From positions 224,001-288,000 of the forward strand of contig CAVTHS010000008.1 of NCBI GenBank assembly GCA_963734535.1: a DNA stretch of 64,000 nt, written 5' to 3'. Source of the DNA: an uncultured Chloroflexia bacterium. Lineage in GTDB: Bacteria; Chloroflexota; Limnocylindria; Limnocylindrales; CSP1-4. The position numbers were made by a program, and so were the translations under genes. Under the pieces are notes generated by a model. That model was not told the DNA's origin. It ran no database searches and saw only the letters and a program-made list of their open reading frames with translations. Shown here in pieces: positions 1 through 9,326 of the stretch; position 1 is the first letter of the stretch; the number at the start of each line of letters is the position of its first letter.

Positions 1-501
1 ACGAAGCAGATACGCGAGCAGCTCGAACACCTTCGGCTTGAGCGGCACGCGCTCGCCATCCCGGAGCAGGCGATGCCCGGCGAGATCGACGGTCAGCGCC
101 CCGAGCTCCACCAGGGGCAGTGGGGCTTCGGCGAGCTGCTCCGTCCGGCGCAGGAGCGCCCGGATTCGCGCGCTCAGCTCGCGCAGGCTGAACGGCTTCG
201 TGACGTAGTCGTCCGCCCCGAGCTCGAGGCCGACGACCTTGTCGAGCTCGGAGGTCTTCGCGGTGAGCATGACGATCGGCACGCCCGACTCCGCGCGGAT
301 GATCCGGCAGACCTCGATCCCGGACAGCTCGGGGAGCATGAGGTCCAGCACCACGAGGTCGGGCTGGTGCTCGCGAAAGCGGCTGAGCGCCTCCCGGCCA
401 TCGGCGGCGGTGACCACGCGGAAGCCATCCGCATCGAGCGCTTCGGCGAGGGTCTCCCTCAGGACAGGTTCGTCGTCGACGACAAGGATCGTGCGGGCCA
501 T
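1..501 (-). CDS. OmpR/PhoB-family response regulator (runs off the window edge)
   Basis: Manual translation from ATG at 501: MARTILVVDDEPVLRETLAEAL...PDLVVLDLMLPELSGIEVCR...IVMLTAKTSELDKVVGLELGADDYVTKPFSLREL; classic receiver motifs. Not in the ORF track. Confidence 0.93.
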   Translation of the reverse strand, partial: MARTILVVDDEPVLRETLAEALDADGFRVVTAADGREALSRFREHQPDLVVLDLMLPELSGIEVCRIIRAESGVPIVMLTAKTSELDKVVGLELGADDYVTKPFSLRELSARIRALLRRTEQLAEAPLPLVELGALTVDLAGHRLLRDGERVPLKPKVFELLAYLLR

Positions 502-577
502 GCGCTCTCAAGGATATGCGCGCCGGTGAACGCCGCGTTGGCGGATCGTCAACAGGGGTTCGAGACGCGACGCGCTG

Positions 578-970
578 TCAGCCGCGCTCCCGGTAGAACT
601 CCGTGAACGATCGGCACCGCCCGCTGTCGTCGAACTCCAGGAGGAAGCAGTTGTCGAACGTGGACCCCTCGACGCGGTGCTCCGGGTCCTCCCAGTAGCG
701 CGACCACCCGACCGCCACCGCCCGCGACCCATCGACGGCGAAGGGCTCGTAGCGCGCGGCATATGTGCCAGCTTCGTCACGACCGCTGGCCGGGTCGGTG
801 GGCCCAACCCACGAGGCAAGAATGGCATCGCGGCCGACGACGGGCTCGTCGGCCGGGTGGTAGCGGTATTCAGCACCCTCCGCGAAGAGGTCGGCGATGG
901 CCGCCGGGTCGTAGGTCTCCCAGGCCGCCACGTAGCGCTCGAGCCAGGCCTGGACGTCATCGCGGGTCAT
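578..970 (-). CDS. SnoaL/NTF2-like fold protein
   Basis: MTRDDVQAWLERYVAAWETYDPAAIADLFAEGAEY...FDNCFLLEFDDSGRCRSFTEFY; typical NTF2-like pattern. Confidence 0.8.
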   Translation of the reverse strand: MTRDDVQAWLERYVAAWETYDPAAIADLFAEGAEYRYHPADEPVVGRDAILASWVGPTDPASGRDEAGTYAARYEPFAVDGSRAVAVGWSRYWEDPEHRVEGSTFDNCFLLEFDDSGRCRSFTEFYRERG

Positions 971-1016
971 GTATCGGCCTCTCCCTTCCTCCCCGTCGGG
1001 CGCCCTTCGGCCTGGC

Positions 1017-2510
1017 TCACGCGGGATCGTCCAACGCGTGAGCGGCCCGGTCGAGCCGCTGCAGCGTGCGCGCCCGACCCAGCGCCACCATCGATTCGAA
1101 GAGCGGCGGGGTCGCGGTCCGGCCGCTGATCGCCACGCGGATCGCCATGAACAGGTCTCCGGCCTTCCAGCCGCGATCGTCGGCGAGCTCGCGCAGCGAC
1201 GGCTCGAGGCGTTCCTTCGTGAAACCCGCCTCGCCCGCCTCCGTGATCTCGGCCAGGGCTGCGGAGAGCCCCGCGCGTGCCGTCGCAGCGTCCCAGCGCT
1301 TGGGCACGAGCAGCGCCGCGTCGGGCACCAGGTCCTCGACGAGCAGGAAGCCCACCAGCTCACCGATCGCCCCGAGCACCGGCAGCCGCTCGCGGACCAT
1401 GGGCAGGAGCCCCACGATCTCGGCGGGCGAAGGCGCCCGGTCGATGCGCCCCGCCGCCGCCTCGGCGGCAAGGAACGGCGCCAGCCGCGCGGCGAGGTCG
1501 TCGTCGGCCAGGCGGCGGATCCACTGGCCGTTGAGCCACTCCAGCCGTCCGCGGTCGAAGATCGCGCCGCCCTTCTGGATGGAGGCGGTGTCGAAACGCG
1601 CGACAAGGTCGTCGAGCGGGAGGATCTCCTCCTCGGTCCCCGTCGACCAGCCCAGGAGGGCGAGGTAGTTGACCAGCGCCTCGCGCACGAACCCCTCGGC
1701 GATGTAGTCCTTCACCGCGGTCTGACTCTTGCGCTTGCTCATCTTCGTCCGGTCCGCGTTGAGGATGAGCGGGAGGTGGGCGAAGACCGGCACCGGATAG
1801 CCGAGGGCGCGGAAGAGGAGGATGTGCTTGGGCGTGTTGGAGAGGTGGTCCTCGCCCCGGATCACGTGGGTGATGCCCATGGCGGCATCGTCCACCACGA
1901 CCCCGAAGTGGTAGAGCGGCGTCCCGTCGTCCCGGACGATCACCAGGTCGCCGCCAAGGGCGCTCGCGTCGATCTCCACGTGGCCGCGGACCATGTCGTC
2001 GAACGCGACCACACCGGGCTCGATCCGGAAGCGGATTGCCGGCCTGCGGCCCTGTGCCGCGAAGGCCGCGCGCTCGTCGGGCGTCAGCGCCGCGCAACGG
2101 CCCCTGTAACGCGAGGGAAGCTTCGCCTCCTCGCGCAGCTTCCGGTCCGCGTCCAGCTCCTCGGGCGTGCAGTAGCAGGGGTACGCCCTGTCTTCCGCGA
2201 GCAGCTGCTCCACTGCCGCGCGGTAGAGATCGCGCCGGGCCATCTGACGATACGGTCCGAATTCGCCGCGCTCGGGAAGCCCGCCGGCCGCGGGACCCTC
2301 GTCCCATTCGAGGCCCAGCCAGTGGAGGTGCTCGAGGATGTCCTCCTCGAACTCGGGGGTGGAGCGCGCGACGTCCGTGTCCTCGAGGCGGAGGATGAAC
2401 GTCCCGCCCGCGTGCCGCGCGAAGAGGAAGTTGAAGAGCGCGGTCCGGGCCGTCCCGATGTGGAGCGGCCCGGTCGGGCTCGGGGCGATGCGGACACGGA
2501 CGGTCGTCAT
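1017..2510 (-). CDS. gltX: Glutamate--tRNA ligase
   Basis: RVRIAPSPTGPLHIGTART (HIGH-like), RLEDTD, CYC, RGEDHLSN, KMSKR. Confidence 0.97.
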   Translation of the reverse strand: MTTVRVRIAPSPTGPLHIGTARTALFNFLFARHAGGTFILRLEDTDVARSTPEFEEDILEHLHWLGLEWDEGPAAGGLPERGEFGPYRQMARRDLYRAAVEQLLAEDRAYPCYCTPEELDADRKLREEAKLPSRYRGRCAALTPDERAAFAAQGRRPAIRFRIEPGVVAFDDMVRGHVEIDASALGGDLVIVRDDGTPLYHFGVVVDDAAMGITHVIRGEDHLSNTPKHILLFRALGYPVPVFAHLPLILNADRTKMSKRKSQTAVKDYIAEGFVREALVNYLALLGWSTGTEEEILPLDDLVARFDTASIQKGGAIFDRGRLEWLNGQWIRRLADDDLAARLAPFLAAEAAAGRIDRAPSPAEIVGLLPMVRERLPVLGAIGELVGFLLVEDLVPDAALLVPKRWDAATARAGLSAALAEITEAGEAGFTKERLEPSLRELADDRGWKAGDLFMAIRVAISGRTATPPLFESMVALGRARTLQRLDRAAHALDDPA

Positions 2511-2580
2511 GGCCGCGATTGTACGGGCGCCGTGGGCAGCCACGGTCGCCGGCGCCGCCGGGGGGTGCAGGGCCGCGGGG

Positions 2581-3312
2581 TCAGCCGGTTCGAAGGCGGC
2601 CCGGGACGCGGTGGAAGAGGGACGGGTCCGCCTCGCCCCGCAGCACGTGGACCAGCGAGGCGGGCCGCAGGCCGAGGGTTGCCCGCCCGATCGGCCCGTC
2701 GAGGGTCACGGCGTCGAGCGACGCGGAGCGGGCCAGGATCTCGATGCGCGCTCCGGGCGTGAGCGCGCGAGCCTCCAGGTACGAGAGGAGCGCGGGATCC
2801 TCCTCCGCCGTCTCGGTGATCCGGTAGATCGTTGCGACGTCGCCCGCCTCGAGGCTCGCGAGTGGCACGCCGGCCGGACGCCGGGCAGCGATCGCGACGT
2901 CGATCGGGTTGCCGTGGGGGCACGTCTCGGGATGGCCCAGCAGCTCGTCGAGGCGTGCCTCCACGCGCGGGGAGATCGCCCCCTGGAGGCGCGCAGCCTC
3001 GACGTCCGACTCGGCCCAGCCCAGCCCCACCACGCTGGTCAGGAGCCACTCGAGCAAAGCGTGGCGACGAAAGATGCCGTCGGCCGCCGCGCGCCCCGGC
3101 TGGGTGAGCGTCAGCTCGCGCCCCTCGGCCTGGCAGACCAGGCCCTCCGCCGCGAGGCGTCGGTACATCTCGCTCGCCGCCTGCGTGGAGACGCCCACGT
3201 GCCGGGCAACGGTGGCCGCGGTCACGCGCGCCTCCTCGACTGCGGCGGACCGCAGGGCCAGCAGGTACTCCTGGGCGGCGCCGGACAGGTCGGACGAGGC
3301 GCGACGGTTCAT
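2581..3312 (-). CDS. DtxR/MntR-family regulator with C-terminal FeoA domain (atypical metal ligands)
   Basis: N-terminal wHTH (EYLLAL...VARHVGVS), RRHALLEWLL, LGHPETCPHGNPI, FeoA-like tail. Confidence 0.88.
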   Translation of the reverse strand: MNRRASSDLSGAAQEYLLALRSAAVEEARVTAATVARHVGVSTQAASEMYRRLAAEGLVCQAEGRELTLTQPGRAAADGIFRRHALLEWLLTSVVGLGWAESDVEAARLQGAISPRVEARLDELLGHPETCPHGNPIDVAIAARRPAGVPLASLEAGDVATIYRITETAEEDPALLSYLEARALTPGARIEILARSASLDAVTLDGPIGRATLGLRPASLVHVLRGEADPSLFHRVPGRLRTG

Positions 3313-3334
3313 CGGCCCATCGTAGCGGCCGTGC

Positions 3335-4166
3335 TCACGGCCGCGTTCGCCACAGTCGCGCCGTCAACCGGACCTTCACGGCGGCAAGTCGGTCCAGGAG
3401 CCGCGGCCAGGCAGCAGACGCGACGCGTGTCGTGGTACTGGGCGCTGGCGCCGGCGCGACGCGCGACCGCGCCGCCCAGCCGGGCGATGCTGTGGCGGCG
3501 GCTCCGGGGACGGCACCCCGCGACGATCGCGGCGCCGGCTCCGGCGCGCCGACGCCGGCTCGGCCCGCCCACCGGGCCGTGTACTCGGGGCCGTGCTTGC
3601 GCGGGTCGGCGTACTCCTTCGGGTTGACGGTCCAGTAGGTGCCGGACACCGGGCCGTACCAGTCCGCGCCCTCCCAGGTTGGCTCACCGGCCTCGCTCGC
3701 CTCGTCGTACGTGGTCGAACCGAGGGTCGCCTTGCGCGGACCGCGCCCGCGCCTGGCACGCTCCCCGGTCCCGCCGGGACCTGCCGCCGACCTCCCGGCG
3801 GAACCCGCCGCCGACCTCCCGCCAGGCTCGCGCGGACGTCTCGCCCATTCGGTGCCCGGCGTCGGCGGGCGCGCCCGGGTCCCCGGGACGCTCCCCGCCC
3901 GCCCGGCCCGCACCCGCGGTCCTCGAACCCTGCTGGGCGGGCCGGCGTCCGGGCGATCGCGCCGCGCCCGGGAGGTCACCGTTCGCGGGGTCCCGGCGAA
4001 CCAGCTCCTCGTAGGCAGCCTGGACCTCCAGGAACCGCGCCACGGAACCCTTGCCCGCGTCGGGGTGATGCCGCTTCGCGAGGAGCCGGTAGGCGCGCTT
4101 GACCTCGGCGACCGACGCCCCCTCTGGCACTCCCAATACCCGGTACGGGTCCCCCCCGGCCGTCAC
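3335..4166 (-). CDS. J-domain (DnaJ-like) protein, frameshifted
   Basis: DPYRVLGV...EVKRAYRLLAKRHHPD...RFLEVQAAYEEL in one frame; aromatic C-terminal block KATLGSTTYDEA...WYGPVSGTYWTVNPKEYADPRKHGPEY in another. Confidence 0.75.
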
Positions 4167-4194
4167 GTCGGCTGCCCCACCCCGCCCGACGGCG

Positions 4195-5322
4195 TCAGCC
4201 GACGAGCTCGCCGACCGGCACGAGGTCGAAGCCGGGGATCGTCTCGGCGGCGATCTTCCCGTGCGGGTCCAGCTGGACCGGACGGTGGTAGCGCCCGAGC
4301 GCCCGGAGCGACTGGCCGCCGACGATCCCGACCAGGCGCAGCGCCTCGACGGCGATCGACCATCCGGCCCGAGCGAAGCCGCCGCCATCCTCCACCTTGA
4401 TCGCGAACGCCGATGCCGGCGTGCCCGACGCCCGGTCAGCGAGGATCGCGATGCCGCGCAGCGCCTCCGCGCCGCCCTTCACCACGAGCCGTCCCGGGAG
4501 CGCCTTCATGAGCGAGGTGTCGAGCCGGTCGCGCGTCCCGCCGACCAGCTCCGGGTTGGCCAGCATCGCGTCCCGGATCACGTGCAACGGCGCCGACAGC
4601 GACCGGCGCGAGTCGGCCGCCGGGACGGCGTCGGGATCGGCCAGGAGAGCGAACGCCGCGGCCACGCCGCGGAGCGAGAACCCGTACGTGTCCACGCCGC
4701 ACTGGTCGGTCGCCGTGACGAGCCGTTCCGGCGTTGTCGCGAACACGCGGGCGACCACGGCGCGGGTGGCAACCTGGACCGGGTGGTCAGGGTGCCAGTA
4801 ATCCTCGAGCGACCAGTCCGCGAGCCTGGCCAGCAGGAGCTGGGCCGCGTGCATCCCGGAGCAGTTGTGGCGGACCGGTCCGGGCTTCTCGCCGTCTCGC
4901 GCCAGGCGGATCGCCGTCAACGCGTCCAGCGGGGCGCCCTCCGTGCCGCACGCGAGGAGCGTCTGGCTGACGCCGGCGCGGCGGAAGACGCCCTGGAGCG
5001 TCCGGACGTGGAGGTCTTCGCCCGAATGGGAGCTGGCCATCACGGCGAGCTCCGCCGCCGACAGGTCGTACTCGCGAACGCCGCCCGCCTCGAGGAGCGC
5101 GATGAGCGTGAACGGCTTGATGCACGACCGAAGGCTCACGACGGCCTCGGGGTCGCCCGCCATTCGGATCACCATGCCGCGAGCGTCGACCTGGACCACG
5201 TGCCCGCGGTGGACGCTCTCGACGATCTCGCCGCGGACGTGACGGGCCAGGACCGGCGCAGCCCTGCGCGACCCCGCGGCAGGACCGGAGCGCACGCTGC
5301 GCGGGGCTCGGGTGGGCGGCAT
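4195..5322 (-). CDS. Class 3 (Rhizobium etli-type) asparaginase family protein
   Basis: RGEIVESVHRG, RSCIKPF, SSHSGE, HNCSGMH, DQCG, KGGAEA motifs. Confidence 0.88.
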   Translation of the reverse strand: MPPTRAPRSVRSGPAAGSRRAAPVLARHVRGEIVESVHRGHVVQVDARGMVIRMAGDPEAVVSLRSCIKPFTLIALLEAGGVREYDLSAAELAVMASSHSGEDLHVRTLQGVFRRAGVSQTLLACGTEGAPLDALTAIRLARDGEKPGPVRHNCSGMHAAQLLLARLADWSLEDYWHPDHPVQVATRAVVARVFATTPERLVTATDQCGVDTYGFSLRGVAAAFALLADPDAVPAADSRRSLSAPLHVIRDAMLANPELVGGTRDRLDTSLMKALPGRLVVKGGAEALRGIAILADRASGTPASAFAIKVEDGGGFARAGWSIAVEALRLVGIVGGQSLRALGRYHRPVQLDPHGKIAAETIPGFDLVPVGELVG

Positions 5323-5522
5323 CGATCGAGCATACCGCGCGATCGGGGCAGATGCGGCGCGCCGCCGCCGCGGGCGCAAACGTCCCGCCCTCGAAGACGC
5401 AGGCGCACCGCCGCAGCCCCGTTCACGGGCCGCGCGGATGCTAGGATCGTGCGGGTCGGGATCCGTCGCGCCGCGAGCGTCCCGGCCGGCCAACCGCCCG
5501 CTCCACGCCCGAGGTGCGCGCC

Positions 5523-6185
5523 GTGTCCGACACCACCGCCCCGCCCCGCGCACCGTCCCTGACGGTCTCGCGCCATCCCGCCGTCCTGCACAAGCTCGCG
5601 ATCCTGCGAGACGAGAAGACCGAGCCCAAGAAGTTCCGCGAGGTCGTCCGCGAGCTCTCGTGGCTCCTCGGCTACGAGGCGCTCGCAGACGCGCGACTTC
5701 GACCGCGCCGCGTCCGCACCCCGCTCGAGGAGGTCGAGGCCCACGAGCTCGGCGACCGGATCGGGCTCGTGCCGATCCTGCGGGCCGGTCTCGGCATGGT
5801 GGACGCGATGCTCGAGCTGATGCCCACCGCCGAGGTCTGGCACCTCGGGCTTTTCCGCGACGAGCGGACCCTCCGGCCGGTCGAGTACTACAACAAGCTG
5901 CCCGACTCCGCGACCGTCGACCTCTGCCTGATCCTCGACCCGATGCTCGCCACCGGCGGCTCTGCGACTGCCGCGATCGAGGTGCTCAAGCGCTGGGGCG
6001 CGAGCCGGATCAAGCTGATCAACATCATCGCGGCGCCGGAGGGCGTCGCCGCGGTCAGCGCGGCACACCCGGACGTGACCATCCACTGCGCCGCGCTCGA
6101 CCGCGGCCTCAACGAGAAGGGCTACATCCTGCCCGGGCTCGGCGACGCGGGCGACCGCCAGTTCGGGACGGGCCGCCGGGACTGA
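5523..6185 (+). CDS. upp: Uracil phosphoribosyltransferase
   Basis: [36 protein letters not shown]. Confidence 0.97.
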   Translation: MSDTTAPPRAPSLTVSRHPAVLHKLAILRDEKTEPKKFREVVRELSWLLGYEALADARLRPRRVRTPLEEVEAHELGDRIGLVPILRAGLGMVDAMLELMPTAEVWHLGLFRDERTLRPVEYYNKLPDSATVDLCLILDPMLATGGSATAAIEVLKRWGASRIKLINIIAAPEGVAAVSAAHPDVTIHCAALDRGLNEKGYILPGLGDAGDRQFGTGRRD

Positions 6186-6323
6186 CGTCCTGCTGCCCAG
6201 GAGCGGCCCCAGCGACCGAATCGTATCTCCGACGGCGCCGGCGCCCCGCAAACGACTGGCGAGTGAGGTCGTGCGCGCGAGCCGCCTCTTCCGCCCGGTG
6301 ATCGCCCAGCCGACGGGTGCTCG

Positions 6324-7340
6324 TCAGACGTGGGGCGCAACGCCCTCCGCGAGCTGCTGCATCAGCTCGAGCTGCGCGTCGTGCTCGAGGAGCGGGACAT
6401 GGCTTCGGGCCACGAACTCGATGGGCACGCCAGCCTGCTCCCGGATGCCGAGCAGGACCTCGACGAGCTCGTCGGCCGTCCCGGCGTACGTCGCGCGGCC
6501 CTTCACCAGCTCATCGTCCGTGCGATCGAGCGGCGGCGGTGACGGCGGCGGGAGTGGCCGGGTTGCCGAGGCCCCCATGTCGGAGTACTTCCACTGCATC
6601 GCCCACAGCGCGTCGCGGTAGCGGGCAAGCGCCTCCCGGCGCGAGGCGCCGGGCAGGAGCACCGAGTAGTGGATGAACCGGAAGCTCGCCGGGTCGCGGC
6701 CGATGCGCTCGCACTCGTCGAGGACCCAGCGGACCTGCTCGACGAGCTTCCCGGCCGGGGCGTTCGCGAAGATCCCGTCGGCCAGGCGTGCGGCGCGGCG
6801 GATCGCGGGCTCCGCGCTACCGCCGACGAGCACCGGGATCGGCGTCGACGGCCTGGGCCGGACGGCGAGCGTCGGGAGGTCGAAGACGGCGCCGCTGTGC
6901 GTGAACGGCTCGCCGCTCCATGCCTGGGGGAGGATCCGGAGGATCTCGTCCATTGCCGCACCGCGACGGCGCGCGTCGGCTCCGAGCCCCGCGAACTCGA
7001 CCTCCGACCATCCCAGCCCGAGGCCGAGGACCAGCCGTCCGTGGCTGAGCAGCTGGACCGTTGCCGCATCCTCCGCCAGGCGGAGCGGGTGGTGCAACGG
7101 CGCGAGGACGACGCCCGTGCCGAGCTCGATTCGCGACGTCGCCTGCGCGAGCGCCGCGCTGACGACGAGGAGCGAGGGCATATACCCGTCGTCGACGAAG
7201 TGGTGCTCGGTCGTCCACACCGACGTGAAGCCGAGGTGCTCCGCCTCGACTGCGAGCCGGACCGTCTCGTCGTAGGCGCGGGTCCAGTCGGTCTCACCTG
7301 GCCTGAGCTGCGCGCTGAGAAGGCCGAAGCCAAGTCCCAT
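6324..7340 (-). CDS. LLM-class flavin-dependent oxidoreductase
   Basis: WTTEHHF, TSRIELGTGV, HPLRLAEDAAT, GRLVLGLGLGW. Confidence 0.9.
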   Translation of the reverse strand: MGLGFGLLSAQLRPGETDWTRAYDETVRLAVEAEHLGFTSVWTTEHHFVDDGYMPSLLVVSAALAQATSRIELGTGVVLAPLHHPLRLAEDAATVQLLSHGRLVLGLGLGWSEVEFAGLGADARRRGAAMDEILRILPQAWSGEPFTHSGAVFDLPTLAVRPRPSTPIPVLVGGSAEPAIRRAARLADGIFANAPAGKLVEQVRWVLDECERIGRDPASFRFIHYSVLLPGASRREALARYRDALWAMQWKYSDMGASATRPLPPPSPPPLDRTDDELVKGRATYAGTADELVEVLLGIREQAGVPIEFVARSHVPLLEHDAQLELMQQLAEGVAPHV

Positions 7341-7662
7341 GCCCGCCACGATAGCAGCCAACGCGACAGCGCGGCATGGGTCCGGCCGGCCCGTCGTCGA
7401 CGGGCAACCCGGCTCCCGGACCGATGGCAATCGTGACGCAGACCGGCGTCCGCCTCCACACCGGCCGGACCCGTTGCTGGAAAGTTGATGGTCTCGCGCG
7501 AAGTGTCGGGCGTTTTCCGCGCGTCCAGGTGGCGCTCGCGGAGCATCTGGCGGGTTGCTTGCCGCCGTGGGCGAGCCAGCACAAGATCAGCCCGTACCGG
7601 ACTGAAGCCCGTCCGCCCCAACGACGTTGGGTGATGGCCGACTTCCGCGAGGAGGACATCCC

Positions 7663-8061
7663 TTGGACGAGGGCCCGTTCTTTCATGGCACGAAAGCCGA
7701 CCTGCGGGTGGGCGACCTCCTCACGGCCGGCTTCCGTTCGAACTACCGGCCCGATGTCGTGATGAATCACGTCTACTTCACCGCGCTGCGTGACGGTGCC
7801 GGACTCGCCGCAGAGCTCGCGGCGGGCGAAGGTGCTCCGCGCGTCTACGTCGTTGAGCCAACGGGGACGTTCGAGGACGACCCCAACGTGACCGACAAGA
7901 AGTTCCCCGGCAACCCAACCCGGTCCTACCGCAGCAGAGAGCCGCTCAGGGTCGTCGGCGAGGTGACCGACTGGATGCGACAGACCCCCGCGGCGCTACA
8001 GGCATGGCGCGACCGGCTGGCGGCAATCCGCGCGGATGAACGAGGCGAGATCATCAACTGA
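7663..8061 (+). CDS. arr: NAD(+)--rifampin ADP-ribosyltransferase
   Basis: FFHGTKADL, HVYFT, YVVEPTGTFEDDPNVTDKKFPGNPTRSYRS; GGAGG before TTG start. Confidence 0.95.
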   Translation: MDEGPFFHGTKADLRVGDLLTAGFRSNYRPDVVMNHVYFTALRDGAGLAAELAAGEGAPRVYVVEPTGTFEDDPNVTDKKFPGNPTRSYRSREPLRVVGEVTDWMRQTPAALQAWRDRLAAIRADERGEIIN

Positions 8062-8118
8062 TCGGCGGAGGCTCGTGGACCGGGCCGATCGGCTCCCGTC
8101 TTCGGGCCGTCCGGCGCG

Positions 8119-8146
8119 ATGACAGATCATCTGTCGCTGATACATT
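8119..8146 (+). promoter_or_regulatory. Sigma70-like promoter with overlapping inverted repeat (candidate ArsR operator)
   Basis: ATGACA-16nt-TACATT with TGn extension; perfect IR GACAGAT-C-ATCTGTC at 8121-8135. Confidence 0.6.
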
Positions 8147-8156
8147 CCCCAGTGAG

Positions 8157-8916
8157 ATGCCACTGATCCTGATCCTGACGCCGCTCCTGTTCGGCCTCAG
8201 CTTCCTCTCGGGGATGCTCGGCCTCGGGGTCGCGTTCATCGCGATCCCGGTGCTGGGCCTCTTCGGGTTCGACCTCAAGGACGTCATCCAGCCCTGGGCG
8301 CTGCTGCTCAACGGGCTCACCGCGATCAGCGGCGCGATCGCCTTCTGGCGGGCGGGGATGGTCGACCGAGCGCGGCGCGCTGATCCTCATCGTCATCACG
8401 ACGATCGGCGCGCCCCTCGGCGTCTGGCTGCTGCAGTTCGCCTCCACCACCCTGGTCTGGTGGCTCTACGTGGGCGTGCTGCTCTTCCTGGCCGCCCGGA
8501 TGCTCCTCCCGAAGCCCCGCTCGACGGAGGACGTGGCGGAGATCACCGATGGCGGCCGGGTGCGGGCCGGGGCGGCCGCGGTGCCGATCAGCATCTTCGC
8601 GGGGTTCCTGGGCGTCGGGCCCGGCTTCCTGCTCATGCCGACCCTCACGCTCGTCGGCTACTCCGCCCGGCTCGCCGCGGCGACCAACTCGGTGGCCGTC
8701 ACCGTCCCGTCGTTCTCGGCGTTCGCGAGCCATCTCGGGACCGCGACCTTCGACTGGCCGATGGTGATCGTCACCTCGATCGCGTCCGTCATCGGCGCCT
8801 GGCTGGGCGCCCGCTTCACGGCGGGCCGGGTCAAGAGCGCCACGCTCTCCCGGATCTTCGCGATCGCGCTCGTCCTGCTCGCTGCCCAGCGCGCCTGGAT
8901 CCTGGTGGTCGGATGA
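8157..8916 (+). CDS. TauE/SafE (TSUP) sulfite exporter family protein, frameshifted near 8370
   Basis: SFLSGMLGLGVAFIAIP in the first frame and FAGFLGVGPGFLLMP in the second; the two TSUP Gly-rich repeats. Confidence 0.85.
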
Positions 8917-8996
8917 GCGCCACGGACGGGCAGGTCGTGCTTGCCGGGCGCAGGGTCGTCCCGTCTCGCCCACCCATGCTACGAAGGAGGCGTCCC

Positions 8997-9326
8997 ATGC
9001 CGATTGAGCTGCCCGTCCTGCAGGAGCTGCGGATGGACGTCCGCCCTCCCGATGTCCGGGACGGCGTCGCCATTGCCGCCCTCATCTCGGATCCCACGCG
9101 CGCCGGCATCCTCACCATGCTCCGCGGCGGACCGCATTGCGTGTGCGAGATGTCCGCCGCCTTCGGCGAGCGCCAGAACAACGTGAGCAACCACCTGGCG
9201 AAGCTGCGCGACGCGGGGCTCGTCCAGGTGAGCCGCGGTCCATCCGACGGACGCCGCGTCTACTACGAGCGGGACGAGACGGCCTGCGCCGCCGCCGTCG
9301 CGACCCTCGCGAGGATCCTCGGATGA
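8997..9326 (+). CDS. arsR: ArsR/SmtB-family repressor
   Basis: SDPTRAGIL...HCVCEM...NVSNHLAKLRDAGLV...GRRVYY. Confidence 0.88.
   Translation: MPIELPVLQELRMDVRPPDVRDGVAIAALISDPTRAGILTMLRGGPHCVCEMSAAFGERQNNVSNHLAKLRDAGLVQVSRGPSDGRRVYYERDETACAAAVATLARILG

Noticed and set aside
969-2762. Long antisense and alternate-frame ORFs (this one and many others in the track)
   Set aside because: Arg/Ala/Pro-rich shadow ORFs expected at this GC content, opposite or overlapping well-supported genes
7341-7662. Rifamycin-associated regulatory palindrome upstream of arr
   Set aside because: No convincing inverted repeat of that type found by eye
8157-9326. TauE-ArsR fusion (389 aa)
   Set aside because: An indel near 8370 explains it; tauE finishes in another frame at 8916
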